The notes under the pieces are model-generated. The model was not told the DNA's origin. It searched no databases and saw only the letters and a list, made by a program, of their open reading frames with translations. The position numbers and the translations under genes are program-made. Below, piece by piece: positions 36,386 through 45,038 of a stretch of DNA of 52,267 nt. Origin of the DNA: Miltoncostaeales bacterium. Lineage in GTDB: Bacteria; Actinomycetota; Thermoleophilia; Miltoncostaeales; Miltoncostaeaceae. The stretch is taken from contig JAUROO010000094.1 in NCBI GenBank assembly GCA_030829765.1, forward strand, positions 1 to 52,267, written 5' to 3'. Each line of letters starts with the position of its first letter. The first letter of the stretch is position 1.

Positions 36386-36849
36386 GCGGTGACCTTCCTC
36401 TCGAGCCGGAGGGGCTCGGGCGACTGCGCCTCGTGCGGGTGATCGGGACCGGCGTAAACCTTCATCTTCAGCAACTGCTTCCGGCCCAGCGAGTTCTTGG
36501 GGAGCATCCCACGGACGGCCATGCGGATGACCTCCTCGGGACGGCGCTCGAGCTGCTCACGCAGCGTGCGCTTGCGGATGCCGCCCGGGTAGCCCGAGTG
36601 GCGCCAGTAGAGCTTGTCGTCCATCTTCTGGCCCGTGACCGCGATCTTCTCGGCGTTCACGACCACCACGAAATCACCGCAGTCGGCGTGCGGCGTGAAG
36701 AACGGCGACCGCTTTCCGCGGATCGTCTCGGCGATGGTGGCGGCGAGGCGGCCGAGGTTCTGTCCCTCGGCGTCGACGATGTACCAGCGGCGATCCACAT
36801 CGCCGGGCTTGGCGCTCTTCGTCGACTTGGTGGGGTGAGCGGTGGGCAC
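36382..36849 (-). CDS. rplM: 50S ribosomal protein L13
   Basis: KPGDVDRRWYIVDAEGQNLGRLA ... GKRSPFFTPHADCGDFVVVVNAEK ... YWRHSGYPGG. GTG at 36849 is preceded by GGAGG. Confidence 0.9.
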   Translation of the reverse strand: MPTAHPTKSTKSAKPGDVDRRWYIVDAEGQNLGRLAATIAETIRGKRSPFFTPHADCGDFVVVVNAEKIAVTGQKMDDKLYWRHSGYPGGIRKRTLREQLERRPEEVIRMAVRGMLPKNSLGRKQLLKMKVYAGPDHPHEAQSPEPLRLERKVTA

Positions 36850-37033
36850 GATCCTCCGATGGGTGAGCAGGCAGAAGCGATTCCGCCCGGGAACGACGGC
36901 GAATCGTAGGGAAGCCCCCGCGTCGTCGCAACCGACCATGGCGCAGGGGCACAGGACGCACCGGAACCACGCATCCGGCCAGCCTTACACTGTCTGGTAG
37001 GGTAGTGCGAAATTCAGCACCGCGGAGTGCCCC

Positions 37034-37285
37034 ATGCGCCGATCCACATCCACCATCAATCGCTGCCAGGCCGTCGCCACCCATGGGCGTCGCTGCCGGC
37101 AGACGCCGTTCATGACGAGCCCGTTCTGCTGGCACCACACGGCAGCCGCTGACCGCGATGCGCTGCGGCGGCAGTCCCTGCGTGGCGACGATCAGGCGAA
37201 GGAACTCGTGGACCGCATCGTGAACGCCGACCTCACCGAGGAGCAGGTGGAGCGCATCGAGCGCGCGCTCGCGGCGCGCTCCTAG
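37034..37285 (+). CDS. hypothetical 83-aa protein with an N-terminal C-x9-C-x10-C-x-H motif and an acidic helical tail
   Basis: RCQAVATHGRRCRQTPFMTSPFCWHH. GC3 is high throughout. It is divergent from rplM and convergent with guaA. Confidence 0.55.
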   Translation: MRRSTSTINRCQAVATHGRRCRQTPFMTSPFCWHHTAAADRDALRRQSLRGDDQAKELVDRIVNADLTEEQVERIERALAARS

Positions 37286-37286
37286 T

Positions 37287-37374
37287 ACCGGCACGACCTC
37301 GCGGGAGCGCTACTCCCACTCGATGGTGGGACCCGAACCGGCACGACCTCGCGGGAGCGCTACTCCCACTCGAT
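37287..37374. repeat. two perfect 38-bp direct repeats at a 50-bp period, duplicating the guaA 3-prime end plus its stop codon
   Basis: 37287-37324 is identical to 37337-37374 (ACCGGCACGACCTCGCGGGAGCGCTACTCCCACTCGAT). Copy 2 contains the real guaA stop (37360-37362) and the codons for IEWE. Copy 1 lies downstream of guaA and ends 2 nt short of the convergent ORF stop. Confidence 0.95.
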
Positions 37375-38928
37375 CGTGCCGGGGGGCTTGCTGGTCACAT
37401 CCAGCACCACGCGGTTCACGCCGGGCACCTCGTTGATGATGCGGCTCGAGATCTTCTCGATCAGGTCGTAGGGCAGGCGGGCCCAGTCGGCAGTCATGGC
37501 ATCGTCGCTGGTGACGGCACGGATCACGATGGGGTAGGCGTATGTACGGCTGTCGCCCTGCACGCCCACCGACCGCACCGCGGGGAGAACGGCGAACGAC
37601 TGCCAAAGGTCCCGATACATGCCGGCGAGGCGGATCTCCTCCTGCAGCACGAAGTCCGCATGCCGCAGGATCTCCAGGCGCTCCGCCGTGACCTCGCCGA
37701 TGATGCGGATGGCAAGGCCGGGGCCGGGGAAGGGCTGACGCCACACCATGCGCTCGGGAAGGCCGAGCTCCTCGCCCACGAGCCGCACCTCATCCTTGAA
37801 CAGCTGGCGCAGCGGCTCCACGAGCTCCATCTCCATGTCATCGGGCAGGCCCCCGACGTTGTGATGGCTCTTGATGGTGGCCGCGTTCGTGCCGCCGCCC
37901 GACTCGATCACGTCGCTGTAGAGCGTGCCCTGCACCAGGAACTTCTCGTTGCCCAGCCGGGCGGCCTCGGCGTCGAAGGTGTTGATGAACTCGGCGCCGA
38001 TGATCTTGCGCTTCTGCTCCGGATCGGTCACGCCGACAAGCCTCGACAGGAACTGCTCCTGCGCGCGCACATGAACCAGCGGTACGTGGAAGTGGTGGCC
38101 GAAGGCCTCCTCCACCTGCTCCCCCTCGTTCATGCGGAGCATGCCGTGGTCCACGAACACGCAGGTGAGGTTGTCGCCGATCGCGCGGTGCACCAGCAGG
38201 GCCGCCACGGCGCTGTCCACGCCGCCCGACAGCCCGCAGATGGCCCGGCGGTCGCCCACCTGCTCGCGGATGCGCCGCACCTGGTCGTCGATGACGTTGG
38301 CGGGGGTCCACGTGGGCGCCAGATCGCACGCGTCGAACAGGAATGCCTTCAGCAGGTCCGTTCCGAAGGGCGTGTGCACCACCTCGGGGTGGAACTGCAC
38401 GGCAAAGCGCCGGCTGGCCCGGTCCTCCATCGCCGCGATGGGAGCGCCCTGCGTCTGGGCGGTGACGCTGAAGCCATCGGGTGCGCCGGTGACCGCGTCG
38501 CGATGGCTCATCCAGCACGTCTCGGCCGGGAGGTCCCGGAACAGCCCCTCACGCGATAGCACGCGGATGTCGGTGCGGCCGAACTCACCTGAGCCATTGT
38601 TGGTGACCACGCCGCCCAGCGCCTGCGCCATTGACTGCATGCCGTAGCAGATGCCCAGAACGGGAATCCCGAGCTCCAGCAGACGGCGATCCAATGTGGG
38701 CGCGCCCTCCTCGTACACCGATGCCGGCCCGCCCGAGAGGATGATGCCGCCGGGGGCGATGCGCGCGACCTCGGCAGGGTCGATGTCGTGCGGCACGATG
38801 GCCGAGAACACCCGGCATTCGCGCACGCGGCGCGCGATCAGCTGGCTGTACTGGGCGCCGAAGTCGACGACCAGGACGCCCCCTGCGGCCTGGTGCTCGA
38901 GCTCGGGGGCGAGATGGAATGCCCCCAC
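37360..38928 (-). CDS. guaA: GMP synthase (glutamine-hydrolysing)
   Basis: [14 protein letters not shown]-loop, and C-terminal KPPGTIEWE. Confidence 0.95.
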   Translation of the reverse strand: MGAFHLAPELEHQAAGGVLVVDFGAQYSQLIARRVRECRVFSAIVPHDIDPAEVARIAPGGIILSGGPASVYEEGAPTLDRRLLELGIPVLGICYGMQSMAQALGGVVTNNGSGEFGRTDIRVLSREGLFRDLPAETCWMSHRDAVTGAPDGFSVTAQTQGAPIAAMEDRASRRFAVQFHPEVVHTPFGTDLLKAFLFDACDLAPTWTPANVIDDQVRRIREQVGDRRAICGLSGGVDSAVAALLVHRAIGDNLTCVFVDHGMLRMNEGEQVEEAFGHHFHVPLVHVRAQEQFLSRLVGVTDPEQKRKIIGAEFINTFDAEAARLGNEKFLVQGTLYSDVIESGGGTNAATIKSHHNVGGLPDDMEMELVEPLRQLFKDEVRLVGEELGLPERMVWRQPFPGPGLAIRIIGEVTAERLEILRHADFVLQEEIRLAGMYRDLWQSFAVLPAVRSVGVQGDSRTYAYPIVIRAVTSDDAMTADWARLPYDLIEKISSRIINEVPGVNRVVLDVTSKPPGTIEWE

Positions 38929-38929
38929 G

Positions 38930-40126
38930 TCAGCCCATGCCGACCGACTGCGCCTGCTGCAGCTTCTTGCCCTCGGTCTTCAGCGCGGGGGCGATCATGA
39001 CCTCGCACTTCTGGAAGCTCTGGATCGACTCGTAGCCGCAGGTGGCCAGGGCGTTGCGCAGTCCGCCGATCAGGTTGAGGGACCCGTCGTTCTCATGGGC
39101 CGGCCCCATCAGGATCTCCTCGAGGGTGCCGATGGCGGTGGTGCGCACGCGGGTTCCGCGCGGCAGCTCGGGGTGGAACGTGGCCATGCCCCAGTGGTTG
39201 CCGTGTCCGGGGGCCTCGGCCGCCTTCGCCAGCGGGGACCCCACCATGCGGGCGTCCGCACCGCACGCGATGGCCTTGGCCAGGTCGCCGCCATAGGCCA
39301 TGCCGCCGTCAGCGATCACGTTCACGTACTGGCCGGTCTCAAGCAGGTGCTGCATGCGCGCGCCCGCGGCATCGGCAATGGCCGTGGCCTGCGGCACCCC
39401 TACGCCGATCACCTGGCGCGTGGTGCACGCCGCGCCCGGACCCACGCCCACCAGCACTCCCACCGCGCCGGTGCGCATGAGGTGCAGGGCCGTGGAGTAC
39501 GACGCGCACCCGCCCACGATGACCGGGACCGGCAGGTCGGCGATGAACTGCTTGAGGTTGAGCGGCTCCACCGATGAGGAAACGTGCTCAGCCGACACCA
39601 CCGTCCCCTGGATCACCAGGATGTCGAGGCCGGCATCGAGGGCCGGGCCGATGAACTGCTCCACCCGCTGCGGCGTGAGCGACCCCGCGGTGAGCACCCC
39701 CGACGCCTTGATCTCGCGGATGCGCTCCACCATCAGGTCGGGGTTGACGTCGCGGGCGCGGTAGATGTCCTGCAGGCCCGCCGTGGCGGTCTCCGGCGGG
39801 TACCCGGCGATCTTTCGCAACTCGGCGTCGGGGTCCTCGTACCGGCTCTGGATGCCCTCGAGGTTCAGCACTCCCAGGCCGCCCAGCTTCCCGATCGCGA
39901 TCGCCGTGGCCGGCGACACCACGCCGTCCATCGCCGAGGCCAGCAACGGGATCTCGAGCGGGTGGGGACCGAGCTGCCACGAGAGGTCGACGTCCTCGGG
40001 ATCGCGGGTGCGCCTGCTGGGGACGATGGCGATCTCGTCCAGCCCGTATGCCCGGCGCCCGCGCTTGCCCCGGCCGATCTCGATCTCCACCCGTGCCCCC
40101 CGTGTATCGCTCGCTTGGGCGGGCAA
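38930..40126 (-). CDS. GuaB3-type IMP dehydrogenase-related protein (no CBS insert)
   Basis: [37 protein letters not shown]. The start is either the TTG at 40126 or the GTG at 40090 (VEIEIG). Confidence 0.8.
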   Translation of the reverse strand: MPAQASDTRGARVEIEIGRGKRGRRAYGLDEIAIVPSRRTRDPEDVDLSWQLGPHPLEIPLLASAMDGVVSPATAIAIGKLGGLGVLNLEGIQSRYEDPDAELRKIAGYPPETATAGLQDIYRARDVNPDLMVERIREIKASGVLTAGSLTPQRVEQFIGPALDAGLDILVIQGTVVSAEHVSSSVEPLNLKQFIADLPVPVIVGGCASYSTALHLMRTGAVGVLVGVGPGAACTTRQVIGVGVPQATAIADAAGARMQHLLETGQYVNVIADGGMAYGGDLAKAIACGADARMVGSPLAKAAEAPGHGNHWGMATFHPELPRGTRVRTTAIGTLEEILMGPAHENDGSLNLIGGLRNALATCGYESIQSFQKCEVMIAPALKTEGKKLQQAQSVGMG

Positions 40127-40183
40127 CCTACCACCCCCGCCCGGACGGCCGGACGGGGCATTCGGGGGGGCCGAGGGGGCCCC

Positions 40184-41143
40184 TCAGACCCCCTCGGGGA
40201 CCTCTTCCACGGTCACCTGGCGCGCCAGCGCATCCACGTCGGCGCGGTCCACCACGCCGGCACCGAGCAGCTGGGTACTGGCGGCGCCGGACGCCACGCC
40301 GCGGCGCAGCGCCTCCTCCTCCCCCGCACCGTCGTAGGTGCCGGCCAGGTAGCCGGCCAGGAAGGCGTCGCCCGAGCCCACGCTGCTCACCACGTCGGTG
40401 CGCACGTCGATCCGCGCGCGCAGGGTGCGACGGCCATCGCCGTCGGGCTCCGCGAGGCGCGCCACGCACCCGCTCTCGTCGTGCACCAGCGACGAACGCG
40501 CGCCCAGCCCGCACAGGGCCTCCGCGCCCACCACCGCATCCTCCTCATCGGAGAACTCGTTCCCCACTACCTCCTCCGCCTCGCGGGCGTTGGGGCTGAC
40601 CAGCCATGGCTCGGCCGCCAGGGCGGCCCGCATCGCGGGGCCCGGCACGTCCACCACGATGGGCAGGTCGGGACGGCCGATCTCACCGGCCATGGCCGCG
40701 TAGAAGTCCACCGGGACATCACGCGGCAGGGACCCCGCGAACACCACGATGTCGGCGCCCTTCGACAGGTACGCCAGCTTCTCCATCAGCAGTTCCAGTT
40801 CCGAATCGGCCACCGACGGGCCGTACTCGTTGATCTCGGTCTGCTGCATCGACGTGGGGTCCACGACTGCGGTCGACGTCCGTGATTCGTCCCCGATGCG
40901 CACGAAGTCGTTGAGGATCCCCTCCGCGGTGAGCTGCTCGATGATCGACGTGCCGGTGCGCCCGCCGGCGAGCCCGGTGGCGATGACCGGTTGCCCCAGG
41001 TTGCGCAGCGCGCGCGCCACGTTCACGCCCTTGCCGCCCGGCAGGGTGAGCGCGTCACTCGCGCGGTGCCGCCGGCCGGCCTGGAAGTTCGGCACGCTCA
41101 GGGTGCGGTCGAGCGCGGCGTTGAGGGTGACCGTGAGGATCAT
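40184..41143 (-). CDS. PfkB-family sugar-phosphate kinase (1-phosphofructokinase-like)
   Basis: ILTVTLNAALDRT, PGGKGVNVA, VGSGDAFLAG. Confidence 0.8.
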   Translation of the reverse strand: MILTVTLNAALDRTLSVPNFQAGRRHRASDALTLPGGKGVNVARALRNLGQPVIATGLAGGRTGTSIIEQLTAEGILNDFVRIGDESRTSTAVVDPTSMQQTEINEYGPSVADSELELLMEKLAYLSKGADIVVFAGSLPRDVPVDFYAAMAGEIGRPDLPIVVDVPGPAMRAALAAEPWLVSPNAREAEEVVGNEFSDEEDAVVGAEALCGLGARSSLVHDESGCVARLAEPDGDGRRTLRARIDVRTDVVSSVGSGDAFLAGYLAGTYDGAGEEEALRRGVASGAASTQLLGAGVVDRADVDALARQVTVEEVPEGV

Positions 41144-42279
41144 GTGAACACGGACCCTATCCCGGCGAACGCGGTCCTGACCGAATCGGTGAACCCCGGC
41201 GCGGCCACCGCGCGGTCCGCCGCGAGGGGTGCGCCACCCACCACGCGGTCCCCCTGCATCACCTCCACGCGCCCGATGGGCTGGCCCTGCGTCACCGGGG
41301 CCATGGCCATCGCCGGGGCGGTCACCCGCAGGCGGATCGGCTCACCAAGGCGCACGGTTGCCGCCAGCGGAACCCGTGGCGCGAGCCCCACGGTCGCGCC
41401 CGGCACCCCCTGCACCTCCAGCGATGCCACGGGCTGGCCGCGTCGCACCACCACCGGCCGCGAGAACTGCCCGAAGCCCCACTCGAGCAGCGCCTTCGCG
41501 TCCCGTGCCCGCGTCTGGCGATCCGGCTCGCCCATCAGCACCGCGTACATGTCGCGGTCGAGCGCCGGCGAGGTGGCATGGGCCACCAGGGTGTACCCGG
41601 CGTCGTCGGTGTGGCCGGTCTTGATGCCGTCCGCCGCCGGCATGATCGCCAGCAGGTCGTTCTGCGACTGCAACCGTCGCGACCCCTCACCACCCGGACC
41701 GGGCAGCGTGACGACGCGACCGCCCACCAGCGACCGCAGCAGGGGCACCTTCATCACCTCGCGCCCGAGCGCGGCCAGGTCGCGCGGTGACGACTCGTGC
41801 CCGGGCTCGTCGAGCCCGTGCGGGTTCGCGAACCGCGTGCGGCTGAGGCCCATGGCGGCGGCGCGTTCGTTCATCCGCTGCACGAACTCGGCCTCGGAAC
41901 CCGACACCGCATAGGCGATGGCGATGGCCGCGTCGTTGCCGCTGCCCACCATGAGGCCGCGGACCAGGTCGCGCATCGTGATGCGCTCACCGGCGCGGAG
42001 ACCCGCCGAGGACTCCCCCACCGCCACGGCGCCCGGCGCCACGGTGACGACGCGGTCGAGATCACCAGACTCGATCGCCACGAGGGCGGTCATCATCTTG
42101 GTGAGGCTGGCCATGGGCCGGGCGGTGTCGGCGGCCCGCTCGGCCAGGACCTCGCCCGTCGGGCCATCCACCAGCAACCACGCCGACCCCGCCGGGGACG
42201 GTGGCCGGTCCGCGGCGAGCGCTGTGGCCGCGGGGGCCATGAGCACGGCTGCAAGGGCCGCCCGGAGGACGCGTCGCAC
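41140..42279 (-). CDS. D-alanyl-D-alanine carboxypeptidase (S11 low-MW PBP)
   Basis: Signal peptide, ASLTK (SxxK), GSGND (SxN), IKTGHT (KTG). Confidence 0.85.
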   Translation of the reverse strand: MRRVLRAALAAVLMAPAATALAADRPPSPAGSAWLLVDGPTGEVLAERAADTARPMASLTKMMTALVAIESGDLDRVVTVAPGAVAVGESSAGLRAGERITMRDLVRGLMVGSGNDAAIAIAYAVSGSEAEFVQRMNERAAAMGLSRTRFANPHGLDEPGHESSPRDLAALGREVMKVPLLRSLVGGRVVTLPGPGGEGSRRLQSQNDLLAIMPAADGIKTGHTDDAGYTLVAHATSPALDRDMYAVLMGEPDRQTRARDAKALLEWGFGQFSRPVVVRRGQPVASLEVQGVPGATVGLAPRVPLAATVRLGEPIRLRVTAPAMAMAPVTQGQPIGRVEVMQGDRVVGGAPLAADRAVAAPGFTDSVRTAFAGIGSVFT

Positions 42280-42348
42280 ATGTTCGATCGTACCAGCGAC
42301 CCCCCTCCGGACGAGGCACGCCGGGCGCGCGGGTGCAACGCTTCAGGG

Positions 42349-44790
42349 GTGGCCACCGACACCGCCGAGACGGTCGTGATCCCCGCGGCAACGGGGCCGC
42401 GCGGGCTGACGGAGGATGAGGCACGCGCCCGCCGGCCCGCGCGCCGGCGGCGTGCCGCCGGCCGGTCGTACGCGAGCATCGTGAGGGCCAACGTCTTCAC
42501 GCTGTTCAACCTGATCCTCGCGACGTTCGCGGTGATCACGCTGTTGTTCGGTGACTGGCGCGATGTGTTCTTCCTCGCGATCCTGGTCATCAACATCTCC
42601 ATCGGCATCGCCCAGGAGGTGCGCGCCAAACGCGCCGTGGCACGGCTGGCCGCGCTGGTGGCGCCGACCGCCCGCGTCATGCGCGATGGCACCGAGCGCC
42701 CCGTGGATGTCGACGACGTCGTGCCCGGCGACCTGGTGCTGATCGGCACAGGCGACCAGCTCATCGCCGACGGCACCCTGCGCGAGGCGGCGGGGCTGGC
42801 GCTGGACGAGGCGGTGCTCACCGGGGAGTCCCGGCCCGTCACCCGCGAGGCCGGGGATCCGGTGCGCGCCGGGGCCTTCTGCGCCGAGGGCTCCGGTGCC
42901 TACGTGGCCGAGGCCGTGGGCGACGACTCATACGCGGGGCACGTCTCCGACATCGCGCGGTCGTTCCGCCACCCGCTCTCGCCCCTGCAGCGCGCGATGA
43001 ACCGTCTGCTCATCGCGATGGTGGCGATCATGATCCCGCTCGGGGCCGTGCTGGCACTTGCCCTCTGGCGCACCAGCCCCGACCTGGAGGAGGCCGTCTC
43101 CACGGCCACGGCGGCCATGGTCACGCTCATCCCCGAGGGGCTCATCCTCCTGGCCAGCATCACCTACGCGGTCAGCACCATCCGCATGTCGAGGCGCGGG
43201 GCACTCGCGCAGCAGCTCTCGGCCATCGAGGCACTGGCGTCGGCCGACATGGTCCTGGTGGACAAGACCGGCACGCTCACCACCGGCGAGGCGCGGCTGG
43301 TGCACCGCCAGCCCGCGGATGACGGCAACCCCGCCGCCCTCGACGACGCCCTGGCCATGTACACGGCCTGCTGGCGCGACCGGGACGAGACGCTCGGCGC
43401 CATCGCCGCCGAGCTGCCGCACGATCCCGTGACTCCCGCCGAGGCCGTCCCCTTCACCTCGCGCCGCCGCTGGGCCGGGGTGCGCCTGGAGGGCCGCACG
43501 CTGGTGCTCGGCGCCCCCGGGGTGGTGAACCCCGGTCCGCTTGCCGATGTGGTCCACAGGGAGTCCGGCCACGGGCGACGGGTGCTGGTGCTCGCCACCG
43601 GCGAGGCCCCCCTCGGTGCCCCGGGCCCGGACGATCCGCCACCCGCCGGCCTGCGCGCCCTGGGGGTGATCGCCCTGGCCGAGACGCTGCAGCCGGGGAT
43701 CAAGGGGGCGATCGAGTTCCTCGGGCGCGAGGGGATCCCCGTGCACGTCGTCTCCGGCGATGCGCCTGCCACGGTCGGCGCCATCGCGGCCGACTGCGGC
43801 ATCCATTCGAGCTCGCCCATCCTCGCCGCGGAGCTTCCCACCGACCCCGCCGCGCTATCCCGCGTGGTCACCGGGGCCGGCATCGTGGGGCGCGCGACGC
43901 CCGACGACAAGGAGCGAATCGTCAGCGCGCTTGCGGATGAGGGCTACAACGTCGCGATGATCGGTGACGGCGTGAACGACGTGCCGGCCCTCAAGCGATC
44001 GCGCATCGCCATCGCCCCCGCCGAGGCCAGCCAGATGGCGCGGGCGGTCGCCGACATCGTGATGGTGCGCGGGGGGTTCGCGTCCCTCGCGCCGATGATC
44101 CTCGAGGGCCGCCAGGCCCTGCGGAACCTGCAGCGGGTCAGCAAGCTGTTCGTGGCGAAGTCGTTCCTGGCCGCGTTCCTCATCCTCACCATCGGGCTGG
44201 TGCCCACCACCTACCCGTTCCTGCCGCGGCACCTGACGCTGCTGTCGTTCCTGACCGTGGGCATCCCCGCGTTCTTCCTGGCCCTCGCCCCCAGCACCGG
44301 CGCATGGAAGGCGCGTGACTACCTGGGGTCCACATTCCGGTTCGCCCTGCCCGCGGGCGTCGCCGCGGGGCTGGGCGTGGTGTCGAGCTACCTCTTCGCC
44401 CTGAACGTGGTGTTCACCGACATCCCGGTCGCGCGCACCGTGGCCGTGACGGCCCTGATGGCCATCGGCCTGTGGCTCGTGCTCATCCTGGAGGTGTCCG
44501 GCGTGAAGCGGAGCGCCTGGGTGATCATCATGTGCATCGCCATGGCCGGCCTGTACCTGATGTTCATCCTGGTCGCGCCGCTCCGCGAGTTCTTCGAGCT
44601 CACCACCATCGGCGCCATCGACGCCGTCGTGGCGCTCTCCGGCGCCGCCATCACGGCCACCGGCCTGTGGATGCTCGACCGCCGGTTCCGCCCGGAGCCC
44701 CTGCGCGGCCCCCTCCCCCGCTGGCTCGCGCGACTCCTGCCAGACTCCTTCCGCGCGGACCCCGACCCCGTGGTGCCGCACGACGACTGA
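42349..44790 (+). CDS. cation-transporting P-type ATPase (PEGL-type, no CPx motif)
   Basis: GLTEDEA, LTGESRPV, TLIPEGL, VDKTGTLT, MIGDGVNDVPAL. I prefer the GTG at 42349. The ATG at 42280 would leave zero intergenic bases to the divergent dacB-like gene, and codons 42280-42348 have only 17 of 23 G/C third positions. Confidence 0.85.
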   Translation: MATDTAETVVIPAATGPRGLTEDEARARRPARRRRAAGRSYASIVRANVFTLFNLILATFAVITLLFGDWRDVFFLAILVINISIGIAQEVRAKRAVARLAALVAPTARVMRDGTERPVDVDDVVPGDLVLIGTGDQLIADGTLREAAGLALDEAVLTGESRPVTREAGDPVRAGAFCAEGSGAYVAEAVGDDSYAGHVSDIARSFRHPLSPLQRAMNRLLIAMVAIMIPLGAVLALALWRTSPDLEEAVSTATAAMVTLIPEGLILLASITYAVSTIRMSRRGALAQQLSAIEALASADMVLVDKTGTLTTGEARLVHRQPADDGNPAALDDALAMYTACWRDRDETLGAIAAELPHDPVTPAEAVPFTSRRRWAGVRLEGRTLVLGAPGVVNPGPLADVVHRESGHGRRVLVLATGEAPLGAPGPDDPPPAGLRALGVIALAETLQPGIKGAIEFLGREGIPVHVVSGDAPATVGAIAADCGIHSSSPILAAELPTDPAALSRVVTGAGIVGRATPDDKERIVSALADEGYNVAMIGDGVNDVPALKRSRIAIAPAEASQMARAVADIVMVRGGFASLAPMILEGRQALRNLQRVSKLFVAKSFLAAFLILTIGLVPTTYPFLPRHLTLLSFLTVGIPAFFLALAPSTGAWKARDYLGSTFRFALPAGVAAGLGVVSSYLFALNVVFTDIPVARTVAVTALMAIGLWLVLILEVSGVKRSAWVIIMCIAMAGLYLMFILVAPLREFFELTTIGAIDAVVALSGAAITATGLWMLDRRFRPEPLRGPLPRWLARLLPDSFRADPDPVVPHDD

Positions 44791-44813
44791 TCGCGGCCAT
44801 GAGCCCCGGGGAG

Positions 44814-45001
44814 GGTGTTACCCCCGGCGATAACCACAGCAGTGCGGCTGGCCCCGGTGTATCGGTTGGCGACAACTCGCCGACGCCGCCGCGTGCGAAC
44901 GGGCTCCGCCCGTGCGCTCACGCGGGTGACCCGCCTGCGGTAGTCGCCAACCGATACACCGGCGCCATCCGCCTCTCGCGCTTTTCGCCAGGGGAAACAC
45001 C
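44814..45001. other. about 190-nt rod-like structured element (candidate ncRNA or palindromic repeat element)
   Basis: Nested pairings seen by eye: 44814-44824 with 44991-45001 (10 of 11), GGCGA 44826-30 with TCGCC 44985-89, 44844-47 with 44969-72, 44849-52 with 44964-67, then a perfect 20-bp helix. The apical 69 nt contains local hairpins (ACGGGC-TCC-GCCCGT and GCGGG-TGA-CCCGC). Confidence 0.4.
44854..44962. repeat. perfect 20-bp inverted repeat separated by 69 nt
   Basis: CCGGTGTATCGGTTGGCGAC (44854-44873) and GTCGCCAACCGATACACCGG (44943-44962). Confidence 0.95.
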
Positions 45002-45038
45002 GAACCCATCGGCTGCGCGCCACGGTTCGGGGCGGGGG

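Noticed and set aside
36850-37033. Structured r-protein leader upstream of rplM, with overlapping hairpins CGATTC/GAATCG (36878-36906) and ACGACG/CGTCGT (36893-36926)
   Set aside because: The stems are only 5-6 bp in about 70% GC DNA, which is indistinguishable from chance by eye. I cannot tie it to a known leader model or find a convincing promoter. It is worth a cmscan, but it is not reportable as a feature.
37287-37374. Possible CRISPR array
   Set aside because: There are only two repeat copies, the spacer is 12 bp, the repeat overlaps a CDS end, and no cas genes are present.
37310-37744. A 144-aa minus-strand ORF ending in GPTIEWE
   Set aside because: It is an artefact of the duplicated guaA 3-prime end. 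The rest of the ORF is an out-of-frame read through guaA.
42277-42282. Zero-length intergenic region between the divergent dacB-like gene (GTG 42279) and the P-type ATPase (ATG 42280)
   Set aside because: This most likely results from taking the longest ATPase ORF. Codons 42280-42348 have a weaker GC3 (17 of 23). The GTG at 42349 gives a typical N-terminal length before GLTEDEA and leaves 69 bp for promoters.
44854-44962. Integron attC site, Xer dif site or 6S RNA as the identity of the inverted repeat
   Set aside because: The GTTGGC...GCCAAC order is opposite to the attC order (RYYYAAC...GTTRRRY), and the purine/pyrimidine pattern does not fit. There is no resemblance to 28-bp dif sites. 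A perfect 20-bp helix is atypical for 6S RNA, and I cannot verify any covariance model by eye. I kept it as an unclassified structured element.
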